Assembly (NCBI RefSeq): GCF_009834535.1
Contig: NC_045698.1
Coordinates: 7,070,001-7,134,000, forward strand
DNA length: 64,000 nt
Direction: 5' to 3'
From: Camelus ferus
Lineage: Eukaryota
Shown: one piece after another, positions 26,990 to 40,492 of the stretch
Layout: every line of letters starts with the position of its first letter
Position numbering within the stretch: position 1 is the first letter of the stretch
The notes under the pieces: model-generated
Told to the model about the DNA's origin: nothing
Database searches by the model: none
What the model saw: only the letters and a program-made list of their open reading frames with translations
Position numbers and translations under genes: made by a program

Positions 26990-27340
26990 AACACTCTCCC
27001 AGTCTGACTCTAGATTTGGCCATTGGCCTTGGTCAACATAACACAACAGGAAGAACACAACAGAGTGCATCGGTTCCAGGCCTAGCCCAAGAGGCCTTGC
27101 ACGTTTCCGGAAACTTGCTTTCTTGAGCTTCTGCCGTCACCATGGGAACAACACGCCTGGGCTCTAGCCCCCTGAGGAGGGTGAGAGTTGCATGGAGCAG
27201 AGCCAAGTGTGCCCAGCCACATCTCTCAAGCCAACTCCTGTTCCACAGGAACAAATGTAACTGAGATGAGCAAAGGCAACCTTAAGAATAAATAACTCAG
27301 ACTGGATTGTTAACCAGCAAAAGCTATACAGGGACACCAC
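26990..27340 (+). mobile_element. Old MaLR LTR (MLT1F-J-like)
   Basis: ggcctagcccaagaggccttgcacg...cttctgccgtcaccatgggaacaacacgcctggg...catggagcagagcc. Confidence 0.55.
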
Positions 27341-28889
27341 TACCTGCCCCAACTACCTCACTGTCATGTTGGGACAATCAACTGAAATCGTACGTAAGCA
27401 CTGGAAAGACTGCAGAGCTACCTCCCAGCCGTAGGTAGGACCACATGCTCTGTAGCCCATTATTTCTTGTCTGCATCTGGGCAGACTCTCCAGGTGGACA
27501 CTCCATTTGGAACCTGGTTTTCCTACCCTGGTGGCTCAAATTCTATACCTCAGGCATATCTTCTTCCTTTCTATCCAGTCCCTTTGGATTCTGGTCGACA
27601 GCAGCTGGTGGTCAGTTGTTACTCTAACTCCTTTCCCCACTTCCCCCCAAAAGAAAGTTTTCTTTAGCATCTCCCTTAGTGCCCTGTTCTGCAGAATCCA
27701 GGACCAGACCTTCCCCTCCCCTTGACCCACCCTGTTTCCCATAGGGAATCAATATCTTATTTGATACTTCCTAGTCATGACTTAATCTGAATGGGGGCTC
27801 AAACATATGATATATCATTACTACAAAGCTCCATAACAAAAGTAACTTTGTCCCAGAAGAACTGTTTATCCCAATAATCATCATTTGGATGGCTTGTTGA
27901 ATATTGGGAGATTGGTAGACAAACCCTTTCCCAAGGCTACTTCAGTGTATGTTTCTTCTTGTGTCTGTGCTGGAGTGAATGTAACCATAGTTAGAAGAAT
28001 AGAAGAGCTTCTCAGAGCAGGCTAAGAACATTCTTGGAATGCTACCTTACCCAACACCCAGCTTGGAGACAGGCAAGGGAAGGTCACCGGCCATCCTAGG
28101 ACAAACTCAGGATTTCATTGTAAATTGTGGGAGTCCATGCCATGCCTCATGAGAGTTGCCTGAAGAAAATGTTGTATCAAGGGCACAGTCACCAGGATGG
28201 GGCCACCAAGGCTGTTGTGGAATAAGGAGGCGTGATTCCTGAGAGGGCAGCAATTCCTATCGTGAGGAGTGATCATAGCCTGACCTGGCCCCAGCTGATG
28301 CATGAAGAAAGGCAATCTGGGAGCAGGACCAAGCACAGCATACGTCTGGACTCGGCCCACCAATGGGGCACCAGAGACAGACGAAGCTCTGGACAATAGG
28401 CAGTCTAAGAAAGACATGATCTCTGTCTGTCCTAGCACCTCAGTGTTCACCAAGATCCTTGACGGCCAGGGCCAACTGCAGACCACTCAAGCCCACCTAA
28501 AAAAAGCCCAGTGATGCCTGTGAAAAGTCTGGGTGCATCAGATGATACAGAGATCAGGATAGGGACCCTGAAGCAGCCAGAAGGAATCCAAAAGAAATAG
28601 TTGAGAAACGTATGACCAAAGATCCAGCACCCACAAGAAAGACAGAGTTTCTCTGAGCAAAGGAAAGTGCTTTCAGTCATTAGACTAGTCTTGCCAGCTA
28701 TCCATTCACGGGCATTTGCTGAGGGCCTGTTACAGGCCTGTTACAAGGGCTATGAGGGATAAACAGAAAATCGAAATATATTATCTGCCCACCAAGGATT
28801 GCAAAACTGGTTGAGAATTCATTACTAAAACACAAGAAACAAGTCAAGAATAACACAACAAAATAGAATTAAGTGCTAACATGTTATAC

Positions 28890-29040
28890 CCCAGTTGTTC
28901 TCAAATTGCAGTGCCACTTCAGGATCAATTAGGAGGTTTGTTTAAAAAGACAGAAGCCCAAGTCCACCCCAAATACATCAGGATCTGCAAGAGAGGGTCC
29001 AGAGGGTTGCAGTGCACACCTGGTTGGAGACACTGGGACA
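28890..29040. mobile_element. MER5A/B-like MITE
   Basis: cagttgttctcaaattgcagtg...aggatcaattaggagg...tttaaaaagacagaagcccaagtccacccc...ggttggagacactg. Confidence 0.6.
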
Positions 29041-29567
29041 CACACCAGTGCTCTGAGAATTCAGAGGAGATGGGGTCGGAAGCATCCTGGACCATGGGAA
29101 CAGCAGCTGCCCCTGACCAAAAAGAGCCCAACCCCCAAATCAGGCAAAGAAACACTGGACCATGGGCCTGGCACACTCAGTGCTACTTTTTAAGATAATG
29201 TTAAAAATACTTAATGCTTTGTTCTCAGATTGGCTTTGAGACTTTCTGAATATGTTTGCTCAATTCAGCCGTGACTCCAACCGCCAAGAAGTGGGTGATC
29301 CGAGACTTCCCTATCCCATCCTACATACCCTGAAATCATTCAACCACTTCAAACCATTGCTAAGACAGGTTGGTGGGCTTTGTGCTATCAAGTTCCCATT
29401 CACCTCCAATAGGAAGCTTCCAAAAATATATTTCCATTTTAGCAAATTCTGATCCAGAGGAGAGACCCGGGCAGCTGGATGTCTTTCCACCTGGGTACGG
29501 TCACTGTCAGGAAGTGCACATCACACCAGAAGAGGCAGGTTCCTATGGGACAACACACTGGATCCTC

Positions 29568-29965
29568 TGTTAGTCAGCTGGGGCTGCCGTGACAAGCTGC
29601 TGCACGCTGGGTGGCTTACACACTAGAAATTTATTTGCACACAGTTCTGGAGGCAGGAAATCCAAGGACAAGGTGCTGTCAGGGTTGGTGTCCGGTGAGG
29701 CCTTCCTTTCTGATCTGCAGACAGCCCCCTTCCCACTGTGTCCTCACCTGGTCTCTTCCCTGTGCGTCTGTGCAGAGAGAAGGAGAGAGCTCACCAGTGT
29801 CTTGTCCTCTTCTTATAAAGACACCAGCCCCATTGGATTAGGGCCTCATCCTTACAACCTCATTTAACCTTAGATACCTCTCTAAAGGCCCCATCTCCAA
29901 TACAGTCACATTGACGCTCAGGGTTTTAATATATTAATTGGGGGAGGAGGGGAAAACACAGTCTG
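29568..29965 (-). mobile_element. MaLR LTR, MLT1A/B-like
   Basis: tgttagtcagctggggctgccgtgacaa...cacagttctggaggcaggaaatccaag...ttataaagacaccagccccattggattagggcc...ccatctccaatacagtcacatt. Confidence 0.85.
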
Positions 29966-30434
29966 AAGCAGATCCCAAAGGAGTACTCAGACAGCACAAG
30001 GGTACTATGGCAAATCCTTGCCTTCCTGCCCTAGAGGAGGAAAGACCTCAGTTTAAATGTTTAAAAAAACATGCTTCTATTTACCAAACACATATAAAGT
30101 GTCCACCTCTGACAAGCTCTGTACCAGGTGCAGGGGATGCAGTGGTGAGAAAACCAGACATGGCCCCACCCCTTCAGATCTTACGATCTGGTGGAATGAA
30201 CTCTGCTTCTCAGCCAAGGACCATATGTAGAGGGAGGAGTGAAAGTAGAAAGATGATGTGATGATAACCCCACAGAGCTAGACCTTTCCAATCGGAATGC
30301 ATGCATCATTTCACTCTGTGCCCATTTCACTTATTACCTCCCAGTTAATCTGCCTCACAGCTGCCCCAGTCTACACTCTCACCAGCAGGACACAGAGAGT
30401 TCCTTGCTTTCAAGTCAGTACTCAATATTTTCCA

Positions 30435-31015
30435 GATACATGCACCCCAATGTCCATAGCAGCACTATTTACAATAGCCAAGACATGGAAACAACCTAAA
30501 TGTCCGTTGACAGTTGACTGGATAAAAAACCTGTCATATATACATACAATGGAATACTACTCAGCCATAAAAAATAATGAAATAATGCCATTTGCAGAAA
30601 CATGGATGGATCTGGTGACCATCATTCTAAGTGAAGTAAGCCAGAAAGAGAAAGAAAAATACCATATGATATCACTTACACGTGGAATCTAAAAGAAAAA
30701 AGACAAATGAACTTATTTACAGAACAGAAACAGATTCACAGACATAGAAAACAAACTTATGGTTAACCAGGAGGAAAGGGGGTGGGAAGGAATAAGTTGG
30801 GAGTTCGAGATGTGCAAATACTAACTGCTATATATAAAACAGATAAAAAAAACAAATCTCTTCTGTATAGCACAAGGAACTATATTCAGTATCTTGCAGT
30901 AACCTATAATGAAAAAGAATATGAAAACAAATATATATATATGTATATATGTATATGTATGACTGAAACATTATGCTGTACACCAGAAACTGACTATATT
31001 TCAATTAAAAAAAAA
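30435..31015 (+). mobile_element. Young camelid-type L1 3' end with 15-bp TSD, inside an older antisense L1
   Basis: ORF 30297..30692 ends [24 protein letters not shown]...MEYYSAIK...LSEVSQKEKEKYHMISL. Poly(A) at ~31007-31016. TSD actcaatattttcca (30420-30434) / actcgatattttcca (31016-31030). Confidence 0.95.
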
Positions 31016-31274
31016 ACTCGATATTTTCCAACTCCATAGCTTTTGATAGTGGGATGGGCACCTTGATTTAATCTCCATTTCTCTGATTGCTGATGAGACG
31101 GCCTACAGGCCTTTGGTTTCTCGGCCCTGCATTGCCTCTCCTCACCCTTTGCTGTGTTTCTGTTGGTTTCCTGCCTTTCCTGGTTGAATTACAGGTGTTC
31201 CTTAAATACTCTAACAACTAATCATTCATTGATTGTGTGTTTCACAAATGTCTTCTCTCAGTTTGTCAACGCTG

Positions 31275-32200
31275 GCTATGATGTTGGGGTAGGTATGTGT
31301 TGCCTCTCCCCAAGGGGAGATTATGCATGCCTGACCCACTGAGAACAAACTTGGCCATGTGGCTTACTTTGGGCAATAAAATGTAAGCAGAGGTGACACG
31401 TGACCTTTTCAAGTAAAGCTTTAAGAGTCATGGCATGAAACCACTGTGTACTTAGCTCTCAGAGAGGGGCTGCCCTTTGGGCCTGGATCCTAGAATGAAG
31501 GAGACCCATGGAGCAGACCCCCTACCAGCCCACAGTCACCTCTGCAGACATTAACCTTTATGATTATAAGCCACAGGTTTGATTATTTGGTTTTGGTGTT
31601 GATTCTTATAACAATTCAGAGACTGATACTGGAAGTTAGGTGCCACTGTAATAAAACACAAAATGTATGTGCATGGGTGCAGTGGCAAGTGACCAAAAAA
31701 AAAGCTGATATTAGAGAATTTTTATGCATTTGATAAAACTCTCACCTGAGATAATCCAGGAGGCAGAGAGTGTCACTGATGAACTTGTGGTTTTAGCAAA
31801 ATGGGAAGGCAGAAGGTTGGTAACACTGGATATTTGCTAATGGCTGCTTTTGACAAGGCACAATAAGAAAGAAATAAGCTCATAGAAGAAATGGCCATTT
31901 TTGCAAGCAGAATGGAAAGAGAGTTTGGAGAGGCCATAAATTCCAGGATTTGCAGGTTAGAAAATAGAACCGTTTCTCATCTCCCACCAGGAAAAGATAA
32001 ACCTGAGAAGGCCTTGGGCTACAAAACCCAGTTAAGACTCATTCTTGGGGCAAAGAAGAAATCAAGTAGCCTGCTTAGCCCATTGTTCAAACTCTAATGA
32101 GGAAGAAATAGGGAGATGAGATGAGTGTTATAAGTGAACCACTCTTCACCCATCAGAGAAAGAAGCCCTGGATGATGCCTAAAATTAGCAAGCCCATATG
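31275..32200 (+). mobile_element. Old MLT1 LTR (to ~31629) followed by MLT1 internal sequence
   Basis: LTR text ttggccatgtggcttactttgggcaat...agagactgatac runs directly into tggaagttaggtgccactgtaataaaac and aatggctgcttttgacaagg...agaaagaaataagctc, typical of MLT-int. Confidence 0.6.
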
Positions 32201-32209
32201 GAGCAACAA

Positions 32210-32480
32210 AAGCATATTATTTAGAAGCAGAGAGATGTCATTGCTCTCTATTTCTGTGTGACAAAGGCTACAAACTTGCTGTTTAAAATGGCACACACTT
32301 ACTGTCTCAGTTTCCATGGGTCCTATGCTCAGTCTCACGTTAGGCTAAATTAAGGTGTCAGCCAAGGCTGTGATCTCAGCTGAGGCTTGGGGGCTTCTCC
32401 AAACTCACTGGTTGTCGTTGTCAGAATTAAGCTGCTTGTGGTTAGATGACTGAGACCCTCAGCTCTCAGAGACCATCCAC
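32210..32480 (-). mobile_element. MLT1 LTR fragment
   Basis: caaacttgctgtttaaaatggcacacacttactgtctcagtttcc...aaggtgtcagccaaggctgtgatctcagctgaggc. Confidence 0.65.
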
Positions 32481-32481
32481 C

Positions 32482-32700
32482 ATAGATCTCAGGTGTACTC
32501 ATCACCAAAAATACAAGTAAATAAGTAACCCAAAACCAAAAAAGGTGAAGGTAACTCTATGAGATGACGTGTTAACTAGCTCAACAGTAGTTTTTGTTTC
32601 ATTATGTATATGTATATCAAATCACCATGTTGTACACCTTATATATATATATATATACACACACAAAAGTATAATTTTTTCAGAAAAATGTTTAAAAAGC
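32482..32700 (+). mobile_element. L1MA-type 3' end with (TA)n(CA)n
   Basis: ggtaactctatgagatgacgtgttaactagc...atgtatatcaaatcaccatgttgtacacctt. Confidence 0.7.
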
Positions 32701-32889
32701 TAAATCAAGCAGATTTTAATTTTTTCAGACTTTAATTTTTAAAATGATGATGCCAACAACAAAAAAAATTAAAATATAATTCAAAATTTTATGAAAGTGA
32801 AGCAGTATGGTTAAAATTGAATACATAGGTAGATTTATCATTGGACAGAGAGTCAGTTTATGTTAAGGAGAAGAAAAATTCACAGTGAA

Positions 32890-33235
32890 GACGTTAGTCT
32901 TTGCTATGTAGCCAACTATGCTAAAATTCAGTGCAACAATCATTCATTTAGCTCACGATTCTGTGAATTGCTGATTTGGGTTGGGCTCAGCGGGGTAGTT
33001 CTTCTGAGGGTCTCAACTAAGCTCACTCTGCATTTGTAATCAGCTGCCATGGTCTGCAGCGGGGGTTGGCTGACTGTCAGCAGGGCACTGGGGATGGGCC
33101 CCATGTATGTCCTCATCCAGCAGGCTAGCCAGGAACTGCCATGTGGCAGTGGTGGCAGGAGTCCCCAGAGCCGCAAGAGAGCAAACTTCCAGGGGGGCTG
33201 GTGCTTTTAAGCCTGTGCTTCTGCCATATTTGCAC
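32890..33235 (-). mobile_element. MLT1J/K-like LTR
   Basis: ttagtctttgctatgtagccaac...tttagctcacgattctgtgaattg...gctcactctgcatttgtaatcagctg...tcctcatccagcaggctagcc. Confidence 0.65.
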
Positions 33236-33720
33236 CCAAGAATGTTTGTAAATAACACAGCATCAAAATAAGCCAAACTAGAGCTATCCAAAAATATAAG
33301 AAGAAACAAAAAACACAACCATGGCTTTCTCCTGAGTTCTTAATTTTTACATAGACGAAAGAATTAGGATTCGAAGAGTATAATGAATAAGGCCACCAAA
33401 TATCAAATTTTGTTCTCTATAGAGAATATGCTTCCTCTGTCAACGTCTTTGGAATATTTACAAAATTTGGCCATACTTGTAGGCGATAAAAGGAAAGTTC
33501 AGTCAAGCTGAAAAAAAGAAAAGAAAAAGAAGTTGTACAGGCAATATTCTCTGGCCAAATGCAATAAAGCTGGAAATTAACAAAACTATAAGCAAGAAAA
33601 TTCAAACCACATGGAAATTAAAACACTTTCATAGATAAATTGTGGGGTCTATAGTTATAGACTACTTAGGAAAAAAATAATGACAAGATTATATATCAAC
33701 AGCTATGGAATGCTTCCTAT

Positions 33721-33940
33721 TAGGGGTCAGCAAACTCTTTCTGTAAAGGGCTACACAGTCAATACGTTAGGTTTTATGGGCTACAGGCGTCTGTGCAACT
33801 GTCAGTTCTGTGGTGGTGGTGTGAGGCAGCCACACACAGCACACAAATGAATGGGGGTGTGTGTGTTCCAGCAAAAGTTTATTTACAAAAACAGGCAGCA
33901 GGCTGGATTTGGCTTGTAACCTTAGTTTACCAACGCTTCT
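33721..33940 (+). mobile_element. MER58A hAT-Charlie MITE
   Basis: aggggtcagcaaactctttctgtaaagggc...gtgttccagcaaaagtttatttacaaaaacaggcagcaggctggatttggc...tagtttaccaac. Confidence 0.85.
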
Positions 33941-34434
33941 TTATATTAATTTAATGTTAAGCACTTAGAGACAAATTCCTAACTTTACATGTTTTTATTG
34001 CTAAACAAGAAGGAATAGAAATCAATGAAATAAGTAATGTACTCGAGAAACCAGAAGAACATCAACAACAGCAAAACAGAAAAAGCAAGACGAAAAATAT
34101 AATGACTCTAAAAACAGAAATCAATGAAATGAAAGACAGAAAGACAATAGCATTGATAAACATATCCAATATTTGAAAAGACCAGTAAAACAAACCCCAG
34201 ACAAAGCTAATCAAGGAAAGCGAGTAAAAAGCACAAATACACATTATTAAGAATTGGAAAGGAACCACAACCACGATGTAAAAACTGATTTTTAAAATCA
34301 TAAGCAAACACTATGAACCACTGTATTGTAATAAATGTTTAACTCTCAGTGAAGCGGTTAATTGTCTAGAAATAGTCTATTTCCTAAAACTGACTCTTGA
34401 AAGGGAAGCAAATCTGAATACATCAAGAATAAGG

Positions 34435-34650
34435 AAGCAGCTAACATTTATCCAGCATTGCTGGTGTCAGACACTCTTTGGCTGTCTTCAGTTTGTACTG
34501 TCTCAATCAATCTGCTCATCAACCTTGTGATGTAGGTCTTGTCATTATGCCTGTTTGTTCAGATAAAGACAGAGAATTTAAGAAAAATTAAGAAGCTTCC
34601 CACCTCCTAATTACTGGAATTGGTGCATCTTGACCCTGGCAGTTCGGTGG
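34435..34650 (-). mobile_element. MIR SINE
   Basis: agcagctaacatttatccagca...aaccttgtgatgtagg...cagataaagacagag. Confidence 0.6.
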
Positions 34651-36199
34651 CTGGCACTGTTGTTACCTTTGCAGTGTGGAAGATATTGAACATTATGTCA
34701 AAGAGCAGCCCCAAGGACGCACGGGGGCAGTGCGACTTCCCCAGCAGGCTATTTCAAACTCTTGAGTAACTGATAATATCCACGGACTTAAACTGTTTCA
34801 GAAAATAATGAAGAAAGAAGTGTTTCATTTTGTTTTAAGAAGCTTGAACCACCTTAAATCAAAACATGACAAAGATAACTGCAAACTAAACCTCACAAAT
34901 ATAGATGCAAAAAATCCTATTATATCAAATCTAGAAATATATTGAAATAATAATATGCCCTGAACACATGTCATTTACAATAGGGGTATAAATATAGATG
35001 GTTCATAGTGAGAATTAAATTCTGGACGTAATACATTATATTCACAGGTCAAGGAAAGAAAATTACTCTTCTCAATAGATGTTAAATTTAATCTTCTTTC
35101 TGATTTTTTTAAAGATTTAGAAAAATAGGAATAGACCAATACTTCTTTAACATATTAAATGACTTCTTTCCAACCAATAGCCAGCAGGATGTTTACCATT
35201 AAAATACTATAGCAGCATTTCTCAAACTACGCTTTATAGAATATCAGCTTCAAAAGAGAGAAATTTTTATTCTCCTATTGAAAGAACTCCATATTTCAAA
35301 AAACACAGTATATAATACATATTGTATTCCCATTTTGGAGATTCGAAATATACCTTACTGAATTAAATCTAGAAGAATAGCAAAAATAGCAAATTCTGAA
35401 AAGGTAGGCACAAAAGGCAGATTATAAATATTCAGTGTTAAGATATTGTGGTAATAGTAACTGAAAGAACAGACATCCCAAAAAGAGTAAATACAAGATT
35501 GTGGCATATGATAAATATACCATTCAAAACAAGGAACAAGGATCAGATTATTCAATAAAAGATATTGGGACAACTAGAAAAAATATACATCAGACCTTAA
35601 GCTCATATTTTACAAAAAAAATGTAAATGCCTATGGCTTAGTTACATGTGAAAAATGAAATCAAAGATTTATTTACAAAAACATGGATAGACTTCAAGTG
35701 TAAACATGGTTGTTTAAGTCTATATCCCTCTCACTGTCCTCCTCAAAATCATAAAACAAGAAGCATTACCAAAACAATGCAAAAACTTCACTGAAAGTAT
35801 CATCAACAGACTTTAAAATATATGTAAAGACTGGTAAATGCAACTGAAACTGAGCAGAAGTTACACAGAAGGAAATAAAAAGAAAAGCACAGAGAATGGA
35901 AAGAGGACCTAGCTTGGCCAGAACTCAGAAAATGCCACCAAGATGCACTTCCTGAAGATGAAGCACTGACACTTTATTATCAGACATGTTCCTTGTCTAC
36001 AGCAGTAGTTGTGAAAGATGGGAGGTGAGCAGAGTCAGTGGCAGAAGCATAGTTGATTGAAAGAGGCAGAACAGAAGAGTGGGTGTAAAGAATCACACAA
36101 AAAGCCACATTTGCAAGAAACAATCTGTCTCTGAAAAGTCACCTTAGCCTCAGTAACCCACCGTCAAAAAGGAACCACTTACCAGCTGGTCAAGGAAAA

Positions 36200-38875
36200 T
36201 ATCATTCAATGATAAATAGTGAAAGTGGAATTAGCGTAACACTAATACAAAGATGAGCTGGGAGATAATGGGGAAAAGAGAAACAAAATGTATCAAACAT
36301 GAAGAATGCTCACCAGAAAAATGTTGCCATCGAACAGATAAAAATTTCAAGAAAGTGTTTCACCAAATTTTAAAATATTCAATGTGGCAGTTATCTCTAC
36401 AAGGAAGACCAGAAACACAGGGACCTAGGGAAGATGTGATTATTAGACAGAAAGAAAGAAAATAGGGGCTGGCATACTCCAAGAAAGAAGAAATGGATAA
36501 ATATTGGAAGGAGCAGAAATGAGTCTTGATACTTTGGAAACTCAAGAAGAAACATCATAATGAGAAACATGAATATTATAAAACAAAGTTATAGAAAAGA
36601 TTTTTTTTTTTGTTAAAAATGATAGATCTGGAAAACAGGTAAAGGAGATTCAACATGTATGTAATTGGAATCCTAAAGAAACCCAAAGCAATGTAACAAA
36701 GCTAATGTTTAATGACATAATCCACTAAATGTTCATGAAATTAAAAAAGAAGAATGTAATCTGCAAAATTGAAAGGGTACACTGTGTACTAGGGAAAAAG
36801 TTGATCTAGGAGTGTTACTACCGAAACTTAATCATAGTAAAATTTCTGGACTTTAGAAAAAGAAAAATATTCTAGACTAAGAAATCAATCTGTCTTTAGA
36901 TTTATTCACTTAAAACCAGAAGATAAAGGAGCAGCATTTATAAGGTACTCAAAGGGAAAATTTGACCTGTCTTTCAAGTATAAAGGGTACTTTTTTTTTT
37001 AATTGCAAGAAGTTAGAAAACATCATTATCATAAATCCTTCTTGAGAAAGCTCCTAGAAAAACAAACTTTAGCCAACCAGAAGGCGATTAGAAAATAACA
37101 GGCAGAGAACCTGGTGGTGAGCATTGGACATATTTAATTGTAAAATAAACCGAAACACGTGCAGACTAGGGCCACAGCGCGGAATGAAGTGCTACATGCC
37201 ACCACAGTGAGGAAAGGACACAGACACAGTCCTGGGCGGGAAAGGATGAGAAGGTGAAAGGCAGAGTAAGCTTGCCAGTCGCCTCATTTGAAAGAGCTGG
37301 AAGACGACAAACACTCATTGCAGCTGACAAATGAAATGGTAGAAATATAAACATATCTACCTTACAAGGATAAATACTAAGACAGATGGGTACTACTGAC
37401 TAAAACTGGGTATACGGGAAGGAGAAAAAAGTAAAGATACTAACTCTATTGTTACCGTCAGCCCTCTGTATCCATGGGTTTTGTATCCAGGGTCCAACCA
37501 ACCACAAATGGATACCGAAGCCAAGCCCACGGACACGGGAGGCTGACTGTGTTCCACGTCTTCGGCCGTCTTACGTAAGTGACTTGAGCATCGGTGGATT
37601 TTCATATCTTCCCAGGCTCCTGGAACCAATCCTCAGCGGATTCAGAGGAACAACTGTACTTTATTCTGGGTAACAAACATATACTGTGTGAAAAGTAGAG
37701 GACCAAGGGTATAAACTTCCAATGAAATGTTAAAAGTAACTGTCAGAATAAAATCACAATCCTCAAGAATATTTTCAAAGGAAGCAGACCACCAAGGCAT
37801 CAAAATTGAAAACAATATAAAATAATGTGAAAAAGTAAGATCAAATCTATCTTTTAAGAGACAGTAAAGGAGCTTAACTCAACTATGAGGGAAGAAGGGA
37901 TGGAAGGGAGGGAGAAAGGGAAGAAGAGGTTGGAAGGGAGGAATAAAGGGAAGAAGAGAAGAAATTGGATGACAAAAGCAAAACCCAACTCTAAGCTGTA
38001 CACGGAGCCATTCCAGAAACAAAATACTTCACAAAGACTGAAAAGTCTTTTGACTTTTGAATAAAAGGTTTCCAAAGCTCAAGTACAAATTAAGAAAGAG
38101 TAAGGGTTGTGATCTTAATATCACTCAAGACAGGCTGAAGACCCCAAAGTGTTTTTTAAAAAACAAAAATGAGCACTTTATTAAATTAAATGGTGCAATT
38201 TTGCAATAAAGGTGTAACTGTTCTAAACATCTGTGCACAACTGTCTGTTCTTGATACATAAAGCGGGTGAATAAATAAGTTACAAAGACCAAAACAGCAT
38301 AATTAATAAATTAATTAAGTAAATAATAAAGTAAGTCTGGTTTACATATACACAAATACATTCACACTTGCAAATTAAGAAAATATCTTCAAGTGCTCAT
38401 GAAATTATCATAAAAACTGGACTCAGGCCAAAAAGAATATCCCCAGAAAGCAAAAACAGGGCAGAAAACTTTCTATGATCACAATGCAGGAACACCAGAA
38501 CAAATCAAAACACACAAAAAACTCTCCATCTGGAAGGGGAAAAAAATGCTCTTAAGTTCTCCTTGAGTCAAAGAGAATGACAAACAGATGTATATAACAT
38601 GTGGAAAACAATAATGAAATGGTCCCAGGTAAGACACAAGTAAGAATCCATAGGAAAGAGCTAAGCAAAGCTCAGCAGAAAACACTTCAATTCTATCCAT
38701 TAAAAAGAGAAGAAAAATGAAGAATGAAAGGAAACGAAGTAGGCATCCAACCCACAAAGGGAGAGGAATGCAAAGCAACCTAAAAAAGTTACATGGAGAA
38801 TTATTTTAAAAAGCAGAAAATAATAAATCAGAAGACAGAAAAACAATAGAAAAATAAATCTGAAAGCTGGTTTTG
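36200..38875 (+). mobile_element. Old L1M ORF1/ORF2 remnant
   Basis: aggagattcaacatgtatgtaattggaatcc, ttgaaagggtacactgtgtactaggg, tttgacctgtctttcaagtataaagg, aaaataaatctgaaagctggttt. Confidence 0.7.
37455..37656. mobile_element. MER2-like TcMar-Tigger MITE
   Basis: Degenerate TIRs ccgtcagccctctgtatccatggg ... cagcggattcagaggaacaactg, flanked by TA on both sides; internal gacttgagcatc and cctggaaccaatcc. Confidence 0.8.
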
Positions 38876-40462
38876 CTCAGAGAAGAGCTTCCTGTGGCTG
38901 AGTCATTTTTTATAGTAGTGCTTGGACTTAAATGCCTGCACGATGTTAAATGACCATCCAGTGCAGTGGGGACAGGAAAGAATTTCCAATAGAGGGAACT
39001 GACTACTCAGGAAAGTAAAGGGGAAGTTCCCAGAGAGGAACCAGGGCAGGCCAGGGAGACACAGAGAGGACTGGATTGCTTTGTATAGTAAAGTGAGGGG
39101 ACATTGTGGGGACCCTCAGATGAGGAGTGAGGGTTGTGAAGAGGAGAGGAAACAGGAAATATGAGAGGGGAGAGAGAGACAGAGACAGAGAGACAGAACA
39201 ATAACAATATAACGAGAGGGCAGGTTAAGCCCCTGGGCGGCTCCACCTCCTCCTGTGTTTCCCTCCCACTTTGTTGCCTGCTTGTTCATTACTCTTGGAG
39301 CACACCCTTTACTAACTCCTAACACAGGAAAGTATGCTGTGTTCTTGCGTGTCTGAAAATGCCTGTAAGCGGGTGGATACCGATGGATATTTTCAGCATA
39401 GAATTCCATTGTGGTTCTGGTGCAAGTCACTTTCCCTCAGGATTTTCAAGGTGCTGCCCTGTTTATCTTCATATTCTGCATGGAGCAGGCTAGAAAAAAG
39501 CAGCAGATCAGTAGGTACAAAAATGGATAGCTCTCCAAGGCACCACGCTGAATGAAAACTGCAAGTCTCTAAGTAATTTATAAGATGTGACATCTTTTAT
39601 ACCAAAAGACTTTAGAAAGGGCTCCTCTGAAGGCAGGAAAGGGGCACGGGAGCTGGGGGACCCTGGTCCAGATGGACATTAGCCTGTGTCTTTTCTGTGT
39701 GTTTTTCAATTTATCTTACAGGTACAATTTCCTCACTAATCCAAAAAAAAAAAAAAACAGTTTGAACAAAAATATGAAAATAAGGTTCCAGAGCTCTTAA
39801 AACCAAACTACTCCAAAATAAAGTTTGAACAAAATTTTCCTCCCAAGAGCTCAATAAGTACACACTATTTTCTTACATCTTACCACTTTTATCACTTTCT
39901 CGTTTGACTTTTTAATACAACTGGAATTTGTTTTGTTGTATGGTATGACTTGATGTCTTATTATGATATTTTTCCTATTTCCTTACCAATTTTTCCCACC
40001 CCATTTATTCAATATTCTTTCTCTTCCCTACTGAGTTCAATGCATCCTTGAGGAAAGTATCATATATCATGTATCAATGTATCATGGAAAATATGTCACA
40101 TAGAACCCAGACTTCCTGATTCCCAGCCTGGTGATCATTCCACTACCTTACCAAGTTGTTATTCAATTACCTTTGATCTAGATGCTGTCTTTTCCTAGAG
40201 TTTTAAAATATTTCACATTTTTAACACACAATTTTGTTCTTGGATTTGAATTGAGTTAGATTTTTGGCCTCTGTTTTGTGGGATGTTTTTCCAAGCTGTG
40301 GACAAGGGGCAGAGAGGAATGCTTGAGTTCATTCATTGATCTGTTCAGCAAACGTTCCTTGAGCCCTCACCAGGTTCCACATACTCTTTCCAATGCTAGG
40401 GATATTAGGGAATAAGAACAAAGAGTTACCTGTTACTTTTTTATTTTGCCTTTTATTTTATT

Positions 40463-40492
40463 TAGACTTTCCCCAAGTAGACTTTCCCCAAG
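40463..40492. repeat. Perfect 15-bp tandem duplication (tagactttccccaag)x2
   Basis: Read directly. Confidence 0.95.

Larger units (their letters stand above)
33240..35700 (+). mobile_element. Old L1M ORF2 remnant (interrupted by MER58A and MIR)
   Basis: Degenerate ORF2 text: aatgcaataaagctggaaattaac, aaaacagaaatcaatgaaat, aatatagatgcaaaaaatcct, ttctcaatagatg, gattattcaataaa. Confidence 0.75.
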
